Assembly (NCBI GenBank): GCA_964616425.1
Contig: CAZTQY010000002.1
Span: 68,910-119,154, forward strand
DNA from: an uncultured Candidatus Saccharibacteria bacterium
GTDB taxonomy: Bacteria > Patescibacteriota > Minisyncoccia > Phycocordibacterales > DATDWN01
Direction: 5' to 3'
Length of the DNA: 50,245 nucleotides
Positions within the stretch are counted from its first letter, which is position 1; every line of letters begins with the position of its first letter. The notes beneath the pieces were generated by a model. It was not told the DNA's origin. It was given only the letters and a program-made list of their open reading frames with translations, and made no database searches. Below, in pieces: positions 9,596 through 18,347 of the stretch. Both the position numbers and the translations under genes were made by a program.

Positions 9596-10672
9596 CTATA
9601 TTCCCTCTTTCTTTAAGCCTTCAATCGTTTTTCTCGCCTCCTTTGAAAGTTTTTTAGGTAATTCAATATGGATTTTTATGAGTATATCCCCTCTACTTCC
9701 CCTTTCAACAGGTACACCCTTACCTTTTATCCGCAATATTTCCCCATGAGATACTCCTTCTGGGATTTTTACTTTGATTGCACCATCGAGTGTGTTGACT
9801 GTATGTTCCCCACCCAAAAGTGCGTCTGTAAGCTTTATATTTAGATCCATAACTAGGTTAGAACCTTCTTTTCTGAAGATTGGGTGCCTTTTAACATGAA
9901 CTTTTATATACAGGTCACCACTTTGTCCTCCTGTTATAGCTTCACCTCCACCAGAGAGTCGAATCATTTCTCCATTTTCAATTCCAGATGGAATTTTTAC
10001 TTTGATTTCAGACTCTTTTTTGTAGACTCCATGTCCATGGCATGTATGACATTTAACTTTTGGAACTTTACCAGTGCCATGACAATTTTCACAAACTGCA
10101 TTTGTTTCAAACTGTCCAAAGAAAGTTCTTTTAACTTCTCTGATGTTTCCTTTGCCGTTACATTTATCGCAAGTAACTTGATCAGATCCCTTTTCAGCTC
10201 CGGAACCTCCACATGTATCACATTTTGAAACCTTGTTTAATAGAATAGTTCTTTCAACTCCAAAAATTGACTCATCAAAGTTTAACTCAATATCTACAGA
10301 GATATCTCTTCCACGTTTTGCTTGTCGTCTACCACCACCAAATACGTCTCCAAAGATATCACCAAAATCGAACTCAAAACCACCATTTGCTCCCTGAGTA
10401 AATTGAGAGAAATCAAAACCTTCGAAACCACCACCTTGTCCACCAAAACCTCCCATGTTTGGGCCAGCAGATCCGAATTGGTTATACTGTGCACGTTTCT
10501 GATCGTCAGATAGAACTGAATACGCCTCGTTAATCTCTTTAAATTTCGTGTCATCGCCAGTTTTCTTATCTGGATGGTACTTGTGTGCCAAAGTACGGAA
10601 AGCGCGCTTTATTTCGTCCTTTCCGGCCTTTTTATCGATACCAAGTATTTCGTAGTAGTCTCTATTTGCCAT
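9596..10672 (-). CDS. dnaJ: Chaperone DnaJ
   Basis: J domain (YYEILGI...HPDK), G/F-rich linker, and four CxxCxGxG zinc-finger repeats. Confidence 0.95.
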   Translation of the reverse strand: MANRDYYEILGIDKKAGKDEIKRAFRTLAHKYHPDKKTGDDTKFKEINEAYSVLSDDQKRAQYNQFGSAGPNMGGFGGQGGGFEGFDFSQFTQGANGGFEFDFGDIFGDVFGGGRRQAKRGRDISVDIELNFDESIFGVERTILLNKVSKCDTCGGSGAEKGSDQVTCDKCNGKGNIREVKRTFFGQFETNAVCENCHGTGKVPKVKCHTCHGHGVYKKESEIKVKIPSGIENGEMIRLSGGGEAITGGQSGDLYIKVHVKRHPIFRKEGSNLVMDLNIKLTDALLGGEHTVNTLDGAIKVKIPEGVSHGEILRIKGKGVPVERGSRGDILIKIHIELPKKLSKEARKTIEGLKKEGI

Positions 10673-10780
10673 GGTTTTATTATATGGTTTTATGATTTTA
10701 AGTACACTTGACGGCTTGCAATATAAATCGTAATGTTTGCTTTGGAGGTCTAAATGAAGGTTCTCGTTGGCAATAACTGA

Positions 10781-10954
10781 ATGCGGGAGGTCAGCTATGC
10801 TGACGACCGGTACGTGGATGTAGTTTCAATGGATGGGACTATTTCCATCCGTGTGATCATGGAGAAAAACAATGTCGTTGTCACGGCAAGGTCTGGCACG
10901 ATGGTTGTCGATCATCAGTGCGCCCACCCCGCAGTTCGGATCGAGAAAGCTTGA
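10781..10954 (+). CDS. Possible small protein, 57 aa, preceded by an SD-led 8-codon mini-ORF (10754-10780) in the same frame
   Basis: GGAGG lies 5 nt before the ATG at 10754 (MKVLVGNN, then TGA). An ATG immediately follows that TGA and opens a 57-codon frame ending 6 nt before a strong hairpin. The region is markedly G+C-rich. It could be an RNA rather than a protein. Confidence 0.3.
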   Translation: MREVSYADDRYVDVVSMDGTISIRVIMEKNNVVVTARSGTMVVDHQCAHPAVRIEKA

Positions 10955-10959
10955 GCATC

Positions 10960-10985
10960 ACGGCCGACCAAATTTGGTCGGCCGT
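10960..10985. terminator. Perfect 10-bp GC-rich hairpin between the dnaK stop and the small plus-strand ORF
   Basis: ACGGCCGACC aaattt GGTCGGCCGT. A T-rich tail follows on the plus strand. It lies 7 nt from the dnaK stop on the minus strand. Confidence 0.65.
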
Positions 10986-10991
10986 TAATTG

Positions 10992-12899
10992 TTATTTATT
11001 TTCTTCTGCCTGCTTCTCCTCAAAGTCCGCATCTCTCACCTTCTCATCCTTTGGGGCTTCGCCTCCTGTCTGACCTGCAGCGGCTTGTTCTTGAGATGCT
11101 TTGTTTATTATCTCCCCTATTTTCTGTAACTCAGTTGAAAGTTCAGTTGTTGCTTTTTTTATGGCATCCATATCCTCACCTTCTCGAGCCTTCTTTGCAT
11201 CAGCTATTTTTGACTCGATAGTAGTTTTAAGATCAGCAGGAACTTTGTCTCCAGCGTCTGTTAGTGATTTCTCTGCTGTGTAGATCAGTTGCTCTGCAAT
11301 GTTTTTTGCTTCAACCAAATCTTTTTTCTTTGCATCTTCTGTCGCATGAGCCTCAGCATCTTTTTGCATCTTTTCGATGTCTTCTTTTGAAAGACCTGAC
11401 CGAGCTTCGATACGGATAGATTGCTCTTTGTTTGTCGCCTTGTCCTTTGCTTTTACAGAAAGAATTCCGTTTGCATCAACATCGAACATAACCTCTACCT
11501 GAGGCATACCTCGTGGTGCTGGTGGAATACCATCTAGGATAAACCGTCCGAGTGATTTGTTGTCGCTCGCCATTGCACGCTCACCTTGAACAATATGTAT
11601 CTCTACAGATGTCTGATTGTCAGCAGCGGTTGAGAAAACTTGTGAACGTGATGCAGGAATAGTCGTATTTCGCTCTACAAGCTTTGTAGCAACGCCTCCC
11701 ATAGTTTCGATACCTAGAGATAGCGGTATAACATCTAGAAGCAATACATCCTTTACATCTCCAGACATAATACCTCCCTGGATTGCAGCACCGAGTGCTA
11801 CTACTTCGTCTGGGTTGATAGATTTGTTAGGTTCCTTTCCAAAGTATTCTTTTACCTTGTCGGCAATCTTTGGCATTCGAGTCTGTCCTCCAACTAGGAT
11901 GACTTCGTTTATCTGTGAGTTAGAGAAACCAGAAGCCTCCATAGCTCGTTTTGTTATGGCCATTGCTCGGTCGATAAACTCTGATGTTAGCTCCTCAAGT
12001 TTTGCTCGAGTGATTTTGATAAGTAGGTGTCGTGGACCTGAAGAGTCTGAAGTAATGAACGGAATATTTACTTCTGACTCCATCGCTGTAGAAAGTTCAA
12101 TCTTTGCTTTTTCAGCAGCTTCGTCTAGTCGCTGTAGCGCTAAGGTGTCACCTCTTAAGTCGATTCCTGACTCTTTTTTGAACTCATCTGCAAGGAAGTT
12201 TATGATTTTCTGATCTATATCTTTTCCTCCAAGGTGTGAGTCTCCGTCAGTAGACTTTACTTCGATAACAGAGTCACCAACTTCTAGAACTGAAACATCG
12301 AATGTTCCACCTCCAAAGTCGAATACTACGATTTTCTCTTCCTTCTTTCCTTTGTCGAAACCGTAGGCTAACGCCGCAGCTGTTGGTTCATTGATAATTC
12401 GGAGAACCTCTAGACCCGCGATAGCACCAGCGTCTTTTGTCGCTTGTCTCTGTGCATCGTTAAAGTATGCAGGCACTGTGATGATAGCCTGAGTTACTTT
12501 CTCACCAGTTTTCGCTTCTGCATCAGCTTTCATTTTTGAAAGGATCATTGCAGATACTTCTTCTGGAGAATAGTCCTTATCACTTATCTTTACTCGCACT
12601 CCGCCTGTTCCAGACTTTGAAATCTCGAACGGTACGATGCCTTTGTCTTTCTGAACTGCTTCATCGTCAAAAGTGTGACCAATGAATCTTTTTATTCCAA
12701 AAACTGTGTTCTTTGGATTTGTAACTGCTTGTCGTTTTGCAAGAAGACCAACAAGTCTCTCTCCTGTTTTTGAAACAGCGACAATAGAAGGAGTAGTTCT
12801 AGCTCCCTCCGCATTTTCTAATATTTTAGGATTCCCTGCTTCCATGATGGCAACAGCGGAATTTGTTGTTCCCAAGTCGATACCTATGATTTTTGACAT
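10992..12899 (-). CDS. dnaK: Chaperone DnaK (Hsp70)
   Basis: [20 protein letters not shown] and [11 protein letters not shown] signatures; 635 aa. Confidence 0.97.
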   Translation of the reverse strand: MSKIIGIDLGTTNSAVAIMEAGNPKILENAEGARTTPSIVAVSKTGERLVGLLAKRQAVTNPKNTVFGIKRFIGHTFDDEAVQKDKGIVPFEISKSGTGGVRVKISDKDYSPEEVSAMILSKMKADAEAKTGEKVTQAIITVPAYFNDAQRQATKDAGAIAGLEVLRIINEPTAAALAYGFDKGKKEEKIVVFDFGGGTFDVSVLEVGDSVIEVKSTDGDSHLGGKDIDQKIINFLADEFKKESGIDLRGDTLALQRLDEAAEKAKIELSTAMESEVNIPFITSDSSGPRHLLIKITRAKLEELTSEFIDRAMAITKRAMEASGFSNSQINEVILVGGQTRMPKIADKVKEYFGKEPNKSINPDEVVALGAAIQGGIMSGDVKDVLLLDVIPLSLGIETMGGVATKLVERNTTIPASRSQVFSTAADNQTSVEIHIVQGERAMASDNKSLGRFILDGIPPAPRGMPQVEVMFDVDANGILSVKAKDKATNKEQSIRIEARSGLSKEDIEKMQKDAEAHATEDAKKKDLVEAKNIAEQLIYTAEKSLTDAGDKVPADLKTTIESKIADAKKAREGEDMDAIKKATTELSTELQKIGEIINKASQEQAAAGQTGGEAPKDEKVRDADFEEKQAEENK

Positions 12900-13065
12900 A
12901 TGATTGTTGGTTAATGTTACAGAGCTTTCAAATGTGGCGAACTCCTTGTTTCGACTTTGAAAATCTTCGTCACCTTATACTCGATAAGGCTTCTCTTATT
13001 TTCAAACTCTCGACTTCGGATTTCATCCAAATTATGAAAGCGTGTGGTTAAGTTAAATTGATAAA

Positions 13066-13093
13066 TTGACAAATGATTCTAAATCTGTAGTGT
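13066..13093 (+). promoter_or_regulatory. Sigma70-like promoter candidate
   Basis: TTGACA (13066-13071), 16-nt spacer, TAGTGT (13088-13093). It lies upstream of the 13115 ORF and shares the ATTGACA box with the sites at 14265 and 50076. Confidence 0.4.
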
Positions 13094-13114
13094 TTATTTT
13101 AGAGGTCAGTATAT

Positions 13115-13297
13115 ATGGATGTGAAGGTAGATCGTAGAGGTCGTGTAATTCTTCGTGCAACGACAGATGAGGATTCAAAAACCCTACTGAGACTCTCCAA
13201 GATAAGAGGTCGTGTTCTCAGCATCTTTTGCTATTCACGCAATGGTGCTGGAAAGTTCGAACATGTTGCCATTGAGTCAAAGAAACAAAAGAAGTAA
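13115..13297 (+). CDS. Small basic protein, 60 aa (hypothetical, G+C-rich cassette gene)
   Basis: GAGGT lies 9 nt upstream of the ATG, and a terminator hairpin follows directly. It is transcribed opposite to the flanking grpE and dnaK. Confidence 0.45.
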   Translation: MDVKVDRRGRVILRATTDEDSKTLLRLSKIRGRVLSIFCYSRNGAGKFEHVAIESKKQKK

Positions 13298-13301
13298 ACT
13301 C

Positions 13302-13329
13302 GCCGAGGAAGCCAATCAAAGCCCTCGGC
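13302..13329. terminator. Hairpin terminator shared by convergent ORFs
   Basis: GCCGAGG (13302-13308) pairs with CCTCGGC (13323-13329), followed by TTTCTC. Confidence 0.55.
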
Positions 13330-13338
13330 TTTCTCATA

Positions 13339-13635
13339 TTAAATAGTTGGTGCTCTGGGCTTAGAACCTGAGAAGTATAATATTTCAGAATATACAAAAG
13401 GACTTACTACTGATTTATAAAAAGAGTTAAGTTTAGTTGAAACTTTATTTGAAAAACCAACAAGAGACAGAACTTTTCCAGCCAGTTCTTTTATATCTAG
13501 ATATACAAAATCAACAAGTCGAGCTTTTATACGTCCAGCATTTTCATATATAGCAAACCGTGCACGGACAAGTCGACCTTCTTTGTCTCGAAGGACTTTT
13601 TCGACTATATTATTTTGTGATTTAACTATCTGCAT
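13339..13635 (-). CDS. Hypothetical protein, 98 aa, translationally coupled to grpE
   Basis: The start lies 2 nt after the grpE stop. I recognised no family. Confidence 0.45.
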   Translation of the reverse strand: MQIVKSQNNIVEKVLRDKEGRLVRARFAIYENAGRIKARLVDFVYLDIKELAGKVLSLVGFSNKVSTKLNSFYKSVVSPFVYSEILYFSGSKPRAPTI

Positions 13636-13637
13636 TT

Positions 13638-14222
13638 TTATTCAAAATGTGCGACGCGGACTTTTGGCGCGCGGATTTCTTTTCCATTCAGTTCGTAACC
13701 TACCTGTACTACGTCGAGTATTTTACCATCGTCTTTTTTGTCGTCAACTTTTATAGTCTCTACCGCTTCATCCCGACTAGCATTATACATTTCACCAATA
13801 GGGTTTATTACCTTAAGAGCGTGGTTTCCAAGGACAGTCATGAGTTGTGAGTTGATGTACTCAACCCCAACTCTCCAGTTCTTATCTACTTTTTCCCAAG
13901 CTTCTTTGTTTTTAAACGCAGACTCAAAAGAGTCGAGTACAGGAAGTAGCTCCGCAATAACATCTGCTTTGGCAAATTTTATAAACTCTCTTTTATCCTC
14001 CTCGTCTTTTTTTCGTAGATTTACAAAGTCAGCCTTGTCTCTCTGCCATTTGTCCATTAGGTCAGCATTTTTTGCCTCAAGCTCTTTTATACGAGCCTTG
14101 AGTTTGTCGGTCTTGTCTTTCATCTCAGGAGCAAGATTTTCTGACATGTCCTCAAAAGTGACATCATCTCCTGGATCTGTATCTATCTCTATTTCATTAT
14201 CTTTATTGAGTTCATCTGTCAT
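13638..14222 (-). CDS. grpE: Nucleotide exchange factor GrpE
   Basis: Acidic N-terminus, a long coiled coil, and a C-terminal beta domain (GYELNGKEIRAPKVRV). It neighbours dnaK. Confidence 0.9.
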   Translation of the reverse strand: MTDELNKDNEIEIDTDPGDDVTFEDMSENLAPEMKDKTDKLKARIKELEAKNADLMDKWQRDKADFVNLRKKDEEDKREFIKFAKADVIAELLPVLDSFESAFKNKEAWEKVDKNWRVGVEYINSQLMTVLGNHALKVINPIGEMYNASRDEAVETIKVDDKKDDGKILDVVQVGYELNGKEIRAPKVRVAHFE

Positions 14223-14265
14223 AGTTTCGCTATTTTAGCATATTTTTGAGGAGGTTCAAAATTAT

Positions 14266-14294
14266 TGACAAATAGTGTTATTAGTTCTATAATT
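14266..14294 (+). promoter_or_regulatory. Consensus sigma70-type promoter
   Basis: TTGACA (14266-14271), 17-nt spacer, TATAAT (14289-14294). Both hexamers match the consensus perfectly. Confidence 0.55.
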
Positions 14295-14357
14295 TAACAG
14301 TTGGCTCCTACTGCATGAAGCAGTGTGGAATTCGTTCATTGAAAGCTGAGGTGTCGA

Positions 14358-14696
14358 ATGCATCGAACACTTACGCCAGAGGGCCGTCCCTACCGCCCGA
14401 CAAGTTTTTTCATCCAGATCCGTAAGGAAGAAATCCGTCCTATGGATTTTCTGGATCATTTGTCCACCGGCAAGGAGTTCGCGATTCCTGTGAGAAAAAT
14501 CAACCTTCTTTCTCTTCTGAAGGGGGTAGTGACGAAAGTCACTTGCTTCCGTGACGGGATGCTAGTCACATTCAGACCATGCCCAGGTGGTCTTCTCCAT
14601 CCAAGAAGCCTGGAAAACCCATACGGGTGGACTGAGGCTCACATCTGGGTAAACGTTAGAAGTGGAGAGATCATCTCAGCAGGACTGCTGAACTAG
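14358..14696 (+). CDS. Hypothetical protein, 112 aa (alternative start at 14442 gives 84 aa); G+C-rich cassette gene
   Basis: GAGGTG lies 4 nt before the ATG at 14358. The unit is bounded by the promoter at 14266 and the terminator at 14724. I recognised no family, and a non-coding RNA is not excluded. Confidence 0.4.
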   Translation: MHRTLTPEGRPYRPTSFFIQIRKEEIRPMDFLDHLSTGKEFAIPVRKINLLSLLKGVVTKVTCFRDGMLVTFRPCPGGLLHPRSLENPYGWTEAHIWVNVRSGEIISAGLLN

Positions 14697-14723
14697 ACTG
14701 TACCGTCGTTGTGACGGCGGATT

Positions 14724-14748
14724 AACCGCCAGCACGAGGCGGTTTTTT
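14724..14748 (+). terminator. Rho-independent terminator
   Basis: AACCGCC agcacga GGCGGTT followed by TTTTTT. A second hairpin, CCGTC/GACGG, lies at 14703-14717. Confidence 0.75.
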
Positions 14749-14814
14749 CGTATAAAAATTTAACAATTTCCCCAATGTGGCGCGTGAGTTCTTGCAGACT
14801 CACTTCTTGGAAAT

Positions 14815-14865
14815 ACCACAGGAGTACTTCAAATTTCTAATCGCTTCGCACCACAGGAGTACTTC
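14815..14865. repeat. Two exact 16-nt direct repeats ACCACAGGAGTACTTC, 35 bp apart
   Basis: Copies at 14815-14830 and 14850-14865, in a G+C-rich stretch with no convincing ORF. Confidence 0.8.
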
Positions 14866-15013
14866 TTGTTTTATGAATAAAACAAAGTCGCTCAAGAAAT
14901 TTTGGTCGCCCACGATTTTCCAACGCTCGCTTCGCTCACTGCCTTCCGACACGGGAGAGACCTTTCTCTCCCGACCCCACTCTCACCACGGTGGTCAAAA
15001 CTGCACAGAAAAT

Positions 15014-15037
15014 AAAATACTCCCGGAGGAGTATTTT
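15014..15037 (-). terminator. Hairpin terminator after rpsI
   Basis: AAAATACTCC cgga GGAGTATTTT. It is nested inside a second inverted repeat, GTGGTCAAAA (14991-15000) and TTTTGACCAC (15051-15060), which reaches into the 3' end of rpsI. Confidence 0.65.
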
Positions 15038-15044
15038 ATTTCTT

Positions 15045-15458
15045 TTATCGTTTTGACCACTGTGGAGCTTTTCTCGCTTTCTTCAGACCGAACTTTCTTC
15101 GTTCCTTGGCTCGTGGATCTCGTTTTAGATATCCAGCTTTCTTTAGAGTCTTTCGTAATTCACCTGAGTGTTCTACAAGAGCTCGAGCGATACCGTGTCG
15201 TAGAGCTTCTGCCTGTGAGTGCATTCCTCCACCAACGATTTTAGCTGTAACTTTATATTTATCCTTTACTTCCCCATCCATTAGAGGTTGTTTGATAAGG
15301 TTTTGCATTTCTGCGATTGGGAAATATCCAGCTAGATCTTTTTCGTTTATTTCAAAAGTGTTCTTTGATGCAGGAGTAAGTCGAACACGTGCGATAGCTG
15401 TCTTTCGTCGTCCAACTGTTTCTATGTATTGCTCGCCTTTTTGTATTTTTGTTTCCAT
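15045..15458 (-). CDS. rpsI: 30S ribosomal protein S9
   Basis: GGGMHSQAEALRHGIARAL and the C-terminal ...KKARKAPQWSKR. Confidence 0.95.
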   Translation of the reverse strand: METKIQKGEQYIETVGRRKTAIARVRLTPASKNTFEINEKDLAGYFPIAEMQNLIKQPLMDGEVKDKYKVTAKIVGGGMHSQAEALRHGIARALVEHSGELRKTLKKAGYLKRDPRAKERRKFGLKKARKAPQWSKR

Positions 15459-15478
15459 ATTGTTTTAATTGTTTCGTT

Positions 15479-15512
15479 TTCCGCCTCTTCGGCGGAAGTG
15501 CCGATGAGGCAC
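15479..15512 (-). promoter_or_regulatory. Two adjacent GC-rich hairpins in the rplM-rpsI intercistronic spacer
   Basis: TTCCGCC tcttc GGCGGAA (15479-15497) and GTGCC gatga GGCAC (15498-15512). The second abuts the rplM stop codon. Confidence 0.45.
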
Positions 15513-15856
15513 TATTCTGAAATTGTTAGGTTGTTCATCATCTTCTGTCGAAGTTTATTCTTTGGAAGCATACCCCAAACAGCTTCTTTGAACAACTCAC
15601 TGTTTCCGTGCTTTGCAGCTACTTGTCTTGCTGTAGGCTTTCGTAGTCCTCCTGGGTATCCAGAGTAGTAACTGATAGTTTCTAGATCATATTTCTTGTC
15701 AGAAATAGAAGCCTTACCAGCATTTTTGATTTCAACTTTAACCTCTGGAATAGTATTTCTCGCAAAAGATGCTAAGTTTTTACCCATAAGGTAAACAGCA
15801 GCCTGTGTAGCTATTCGTCCGACTTTCTTGTTTTCTGCATCTAATACGTATTTCAT
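15512..15856 (-). CDS. rplM: 50S ribosomal protein L13
   Basis: The N-terminus ...DAENKKVGRIATQAAVYLMGKN is typical of L13, and it is paired with rpsI. Confidence 0.9.
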   Translation of the reverse strand: MKYVLDAENKKVGRIATQAAVYLMGKNLASFARNTIPEVKVEIKNAGKASISDKKYDLETISYYSGYPGGLRKPTARQVAAKHGNSELFKEAVWGMLPKNKLRQKMMNNLTISE

Positions 15857-15877
15857 AAAGGTTATATTACTTATTTA

Positions 15878-16225
15878 TTACACAAATTCAACTATTGCCA
15901 TTAAACTTCCATCTGAAAGTCGTGCAGGAAGCTTTGTGATTCGTGTATAGCCACCAGCTCGAGTCGCATATTTTGGAGAGATTTCTTTTACTATTTTTGT
16001 TGCTGCAATTGATCCAACTTTTGAAACAAGAGCTCTTCTTGAAGCAACTGTTCCAGATCTTCCTTGTGTAACTAGTTTTTCAACAAAAGGTCTAAGTTCT
16101 CTAGCTTTTGCATCTGTAGTTTTAATCTTTCCATTTACCACAAGCGCCAAAGCAAGTGACTTCATAAGTCCGCTTCTCACTTTTCTTACTCGTCCGAATT
16201 TTCTTGTAACGTTGTGGTGTCTCAT
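15878..16225 (-). CDS. rplQ: 50S ribosomal protein L17
   Basis: MRHHNVTRKFGR... start, and position after rpoA. Confidence 0.9.
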   Translation of the reverse strand: MRHHNVTRKFGRVRKVRSGLMKSLALALVVNGKIKTTDAKARELRPFVEKLVTQGRSGTVASRRALVSKVGSIAATKIVKEISPKYATRAGGYTRITKLPARLSDGSLMAIVEFV

Positions 16226-16243
16226 TGTGGTAAATTTAAACTA

Positions 16244-17197
16244 TTATTTAAGTGTTATTCCAAAAGATTCTAGAACTTCTTTTATCTCAGTTAGACCTTT
16301 TGATCCAAGTCCTTCAATTTCTAGAATATCTTTTTCTTTCTTTCTTGCCAAACCTCCAACTGTTCTGATGTTTGCATTTGAAAGCGCATTCAAAGTTCTA
16401 GCAGAAAGGTTAAGTGTTTCTATTCGTGTTTTAAGAGAGTCATCATCTATTATTTCAGCTCCAACAGATTCTTTTGATGAAGTAGAAGGTAGTATAACTT
16501 CCTCTTCCTTGAAACCTACGATAGCTTTTAGCTGGTGAATCATAGTCTCGATAGACTTCTCAAGAGCTTCTTTTGGAGTAATAGTTCCATCTGTTTCAAT
16601 TATCATTCTTAGTCTATTGAAATCAGTTCTATCTCCAACTCGCATGTTTTCTACTTCATAACTTGCTCGTCTTATTGGTGTAAAAATAGCATCAAGAGTT
16701 ATGTAACCAATATCTACTCTGTTTTTCTGTAGTTCTTCTTTTGTAACAAAGCCTAGGCCCTTTTCTACTGTAATTTCCATATCAAGTTCAGCTTTTGGAT
16801 CTGTAATATTTGCAATCACTAGCTCTGGGTTCATTATTTCAACTCCTCCAGAAACTTTTATATCACCAGCTGTGACAGCTTTTGCACCTTTTACCTTTAG
16901 AGTTAGAGTTTGTGCTTCATCAGCAACAACACTCAATCGAATTTTCTTCAAATTCAAAAGTATAGTTATAGCATCTTCCTTTATTCCAGGAATAACTGAA
17001 AATTCATGTGAGATACCAGCGATTTTTACTGATGTAACAGCAGAACCAGGTAGTGAAGAAAGTATAATTCTTCTTAGACTGTTACCTAGAGTGTGGCCGT
17101 AACCTGGGTACAAACCATCTATCTCATAAGTACCTGAGAATTTTTCCTCAGAGACAATTTTTGGTTTTGAAGGCAATACAATGTTGAAATCAGACAT
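16244..17197 (-). CDS. rpoA: DNA-directed RNA polymerase subunit alpha
   Basis: 317 aa with GHTLGNSLRRILLSS-like N-terminal domain motif, a C-terminal domain with a helix-hairpin-helix (LSARTLNALSNANIRTVG), and the expected operon position. Confidence 0.95.
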   Translation of the reverse strand: MSDFNIVLPSKPKIVSEEKFSGTYEIDGLYPGYGHTLGNSLRRIILSSLPGSAVTSVKIAGISHEFSVIPGIKEDAITILLNLKKIRLSVVADEAQTLTLKVKGAKAVTAGDIKVSGGVEIMNPELVIANITDPKAELDMEITVEKGLGFVTKEELQKNRVDIGYITLDAIFTPIRRASYEVENMRVGDRTDFNRLRMIIETDGTITPKEALEKSIETMIHQLKAIVGFKEEEVILPSTSSKESVGAEIIDDDSLKTRIETLNLSARTLNALSNANIRTVGGLARKKEKDILEIEGLGSKGLTEIKEVLESFGITLK

Positions 17198-17265
17198 ATA
17201 GGGTGTTTTATTTTAGTTAAATTATAATTCTCGCAATATACACTATTTCCAATAAAAAATCAATA

Positions 17266-17877
17266 CTATCTACTGTAAAACTCTACCACAGTGTTTAGGT
17301 CAAACATGTTCTCTGTTTTGACGTATTGTGGCATTCCCTGAATCTCAGCAATCTTCTTTGTTGAATCAAATTTGATCCAAGATGGGATTGTTGGAGAATT
17401 CTTTATTTTCTCATCAAGGTCAGCAAACAAAGGCTTCTTTAGAGATCTTTCAGCTATTGTTATTTTGTCTCCAATTCTCAATCTTCGAGAAGGAGTATCA
17501 ACTCGTCGTCCGTTTACTGCAATATGGCCATGAGATACCATCTGTCGAGCGCCACTTCTTGTAGGTGAAAATCCTAGTCTGTAAATAACACTGTCTAGTC
17601 TTAGTTCAAGAAATTCAAAAATAGTCTGAGGTGCATTTGTAGCTTTTGATTCAATAGCTTCTTTAACCACCATTGCAAATTGTCTCTCAGGCATACCATA
17701 AATAAATCTAGCTTTTTGCTTTTCAATAAGTTGTAGTCCGTACTCAGATTTTGGTTTAGTAAAACCTCTACTTTTACCTCGTCTTTCTAGGTGAAGCGCA
17801 TATTTTTGAGTTTGAGTTTTCTCAAATATTGGTGCTCCTAGGCGTCTTGCTATTTTGTATTTTGGTCCTGTGATCAT
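17266..17877 (-). CDS. rpsD: 30S ribosomal protein S4
   Basis: The ERQF, RLDSVIYRLGF and ARQMVSHGHIAVNG motifs (S4 domain). Confidence 0.95.
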   Translation of the reverse strand: MITGPKYKIARRLGAPIFEKTQTQKYALHLERRGKSRGFTKPKSEYGLQLIEKQKARFIYGMPERQFAMVVKEAIESKATNAPQTIFEFLELRLDSVIYRLGFSPTRSGARQMVSHGHIAVNGRRVDTPSRRLRIGDKITIAERSLKKPLFADLDEKIKNSPTIPSWIKFDSTKKIAEIQGMPQYVKTENMFDLNTVVEFYSR

Positions 17878-17899
17878 ATGTTTGTTTTAATAAATGGGG

Positions 17900-18325
17900 T
17901 TATACTCGTCTAGGCTTCTTTGGCTTCGGTCCGTTGTGAGGCACAGGAGTTACATCCTTTATGGCTGTTATGTTTATTCCTTTTGAAATGAAACCTCTGA
18001 TTCCTGACTCTCGTCCAGAACCAACACCTTTAACAACAACTGCAACCTCTTTCATGCCCATAGCACCAGCTTTTGCTCCTAGAATTTCTCCAACCTTTGC
18101 GGCAGCAAAAGGAGTTCCCTTTTTTGCACCTCTAAAACCAATAGCTCCAGATGAAGAGGTAGCCAAAACGTTACCTTTTGTGTCAGTAAGGATAATCTGT
18201 GTGTTGTTGTATGTAGATTGAACATATAGAGTACCAGTCTCTACTTTTTTCTTAGATACTGTAGGAGTAGCTACTTTTGTAGCCTCTTCTCCTTCCCCTG
18301 TTTTAACTATACGTTTCTTTCCCAT
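17900..18325 (-). CDS. rpsK: 30S ribosomal protein S11
   Basis: SSGAIGFRGAKKGTPFAA and ITAIKDVTPVPHNG... Confidence 0.95.
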   Translation of the reverse strand: MGKKRIVKTGEGEEATKVATPTVSKKKVETGTLYVQSTYNNTQIILTDTKGNVLATSSSGAIGFRGAKKGTPFAAAKVGEILGAKAGAMGMKEVAVVVKGVGSGRESGIRGFISKGINITAIKDVTPVPHNGPKPKKPRRV

Positions 18326-18347
18326 TTTATTATTTATTCGTTATTTA

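Noticed and set aside
10754-10954. In-frame TGA at 10778 as evidence for UGA=Gly recoding (genetic code 25, as in some CPR lineages).
   Set aside because: All recognisable housekeeping genes in the window are full length under the standard code without internal TGA. Stop-restart (TGA-ATG) is the simpler reading.
11617-12213. 198-aa plus-strand ORF, and other long ORFs antisense to dnaK, grpE (13738-14238), ychF (35445-35936), the 223-aa gene (43939-44235) and the 886-aa gene (46672-47022).
   Set aside because: They lie entirely inside, and antisense to, genes with unmistakable protein signatures. Their translations are low-complexity S/T/F-rich strings typical of antisense frames. They have no start context.
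14223-14300. A CIRCE/HrcA operator upstream of grpE, also checked upstream of dnaK (12900-13110).
   Set aside because: There is no TTAGCACTC-N9-GAGTGCTAA-like inverted repeat. The TTAGCA at about 14236 has no matching partner arm.
14295-14750. RNase P RNA, tmRNA or SRP RNA as an explanation for the promoter-to-terminator G+C-rich unit.
   Set aside because: On neither strand could I find the signature motifs: GAGGAAAGUCCGGGC and ACAGAAxxCGGCUUA for RNase P; the GGGG 5' end, a tRNA-like GGUUCGA T-arm and a CCA end for tmRNA; or a GGAA-capped helix with AGCA for SRP. An SD-led ORF fits the unit. An Rfam scan is still needed.
14777-15244. 155-aa plus-strand ORF spanning the non-coding block and the rpsI 3' half.
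   Set aside because: It has no SD and no plausible start. It runs antisense through rpsI and straight through the rpsI terminator hairpin. I treated it as non-coding.
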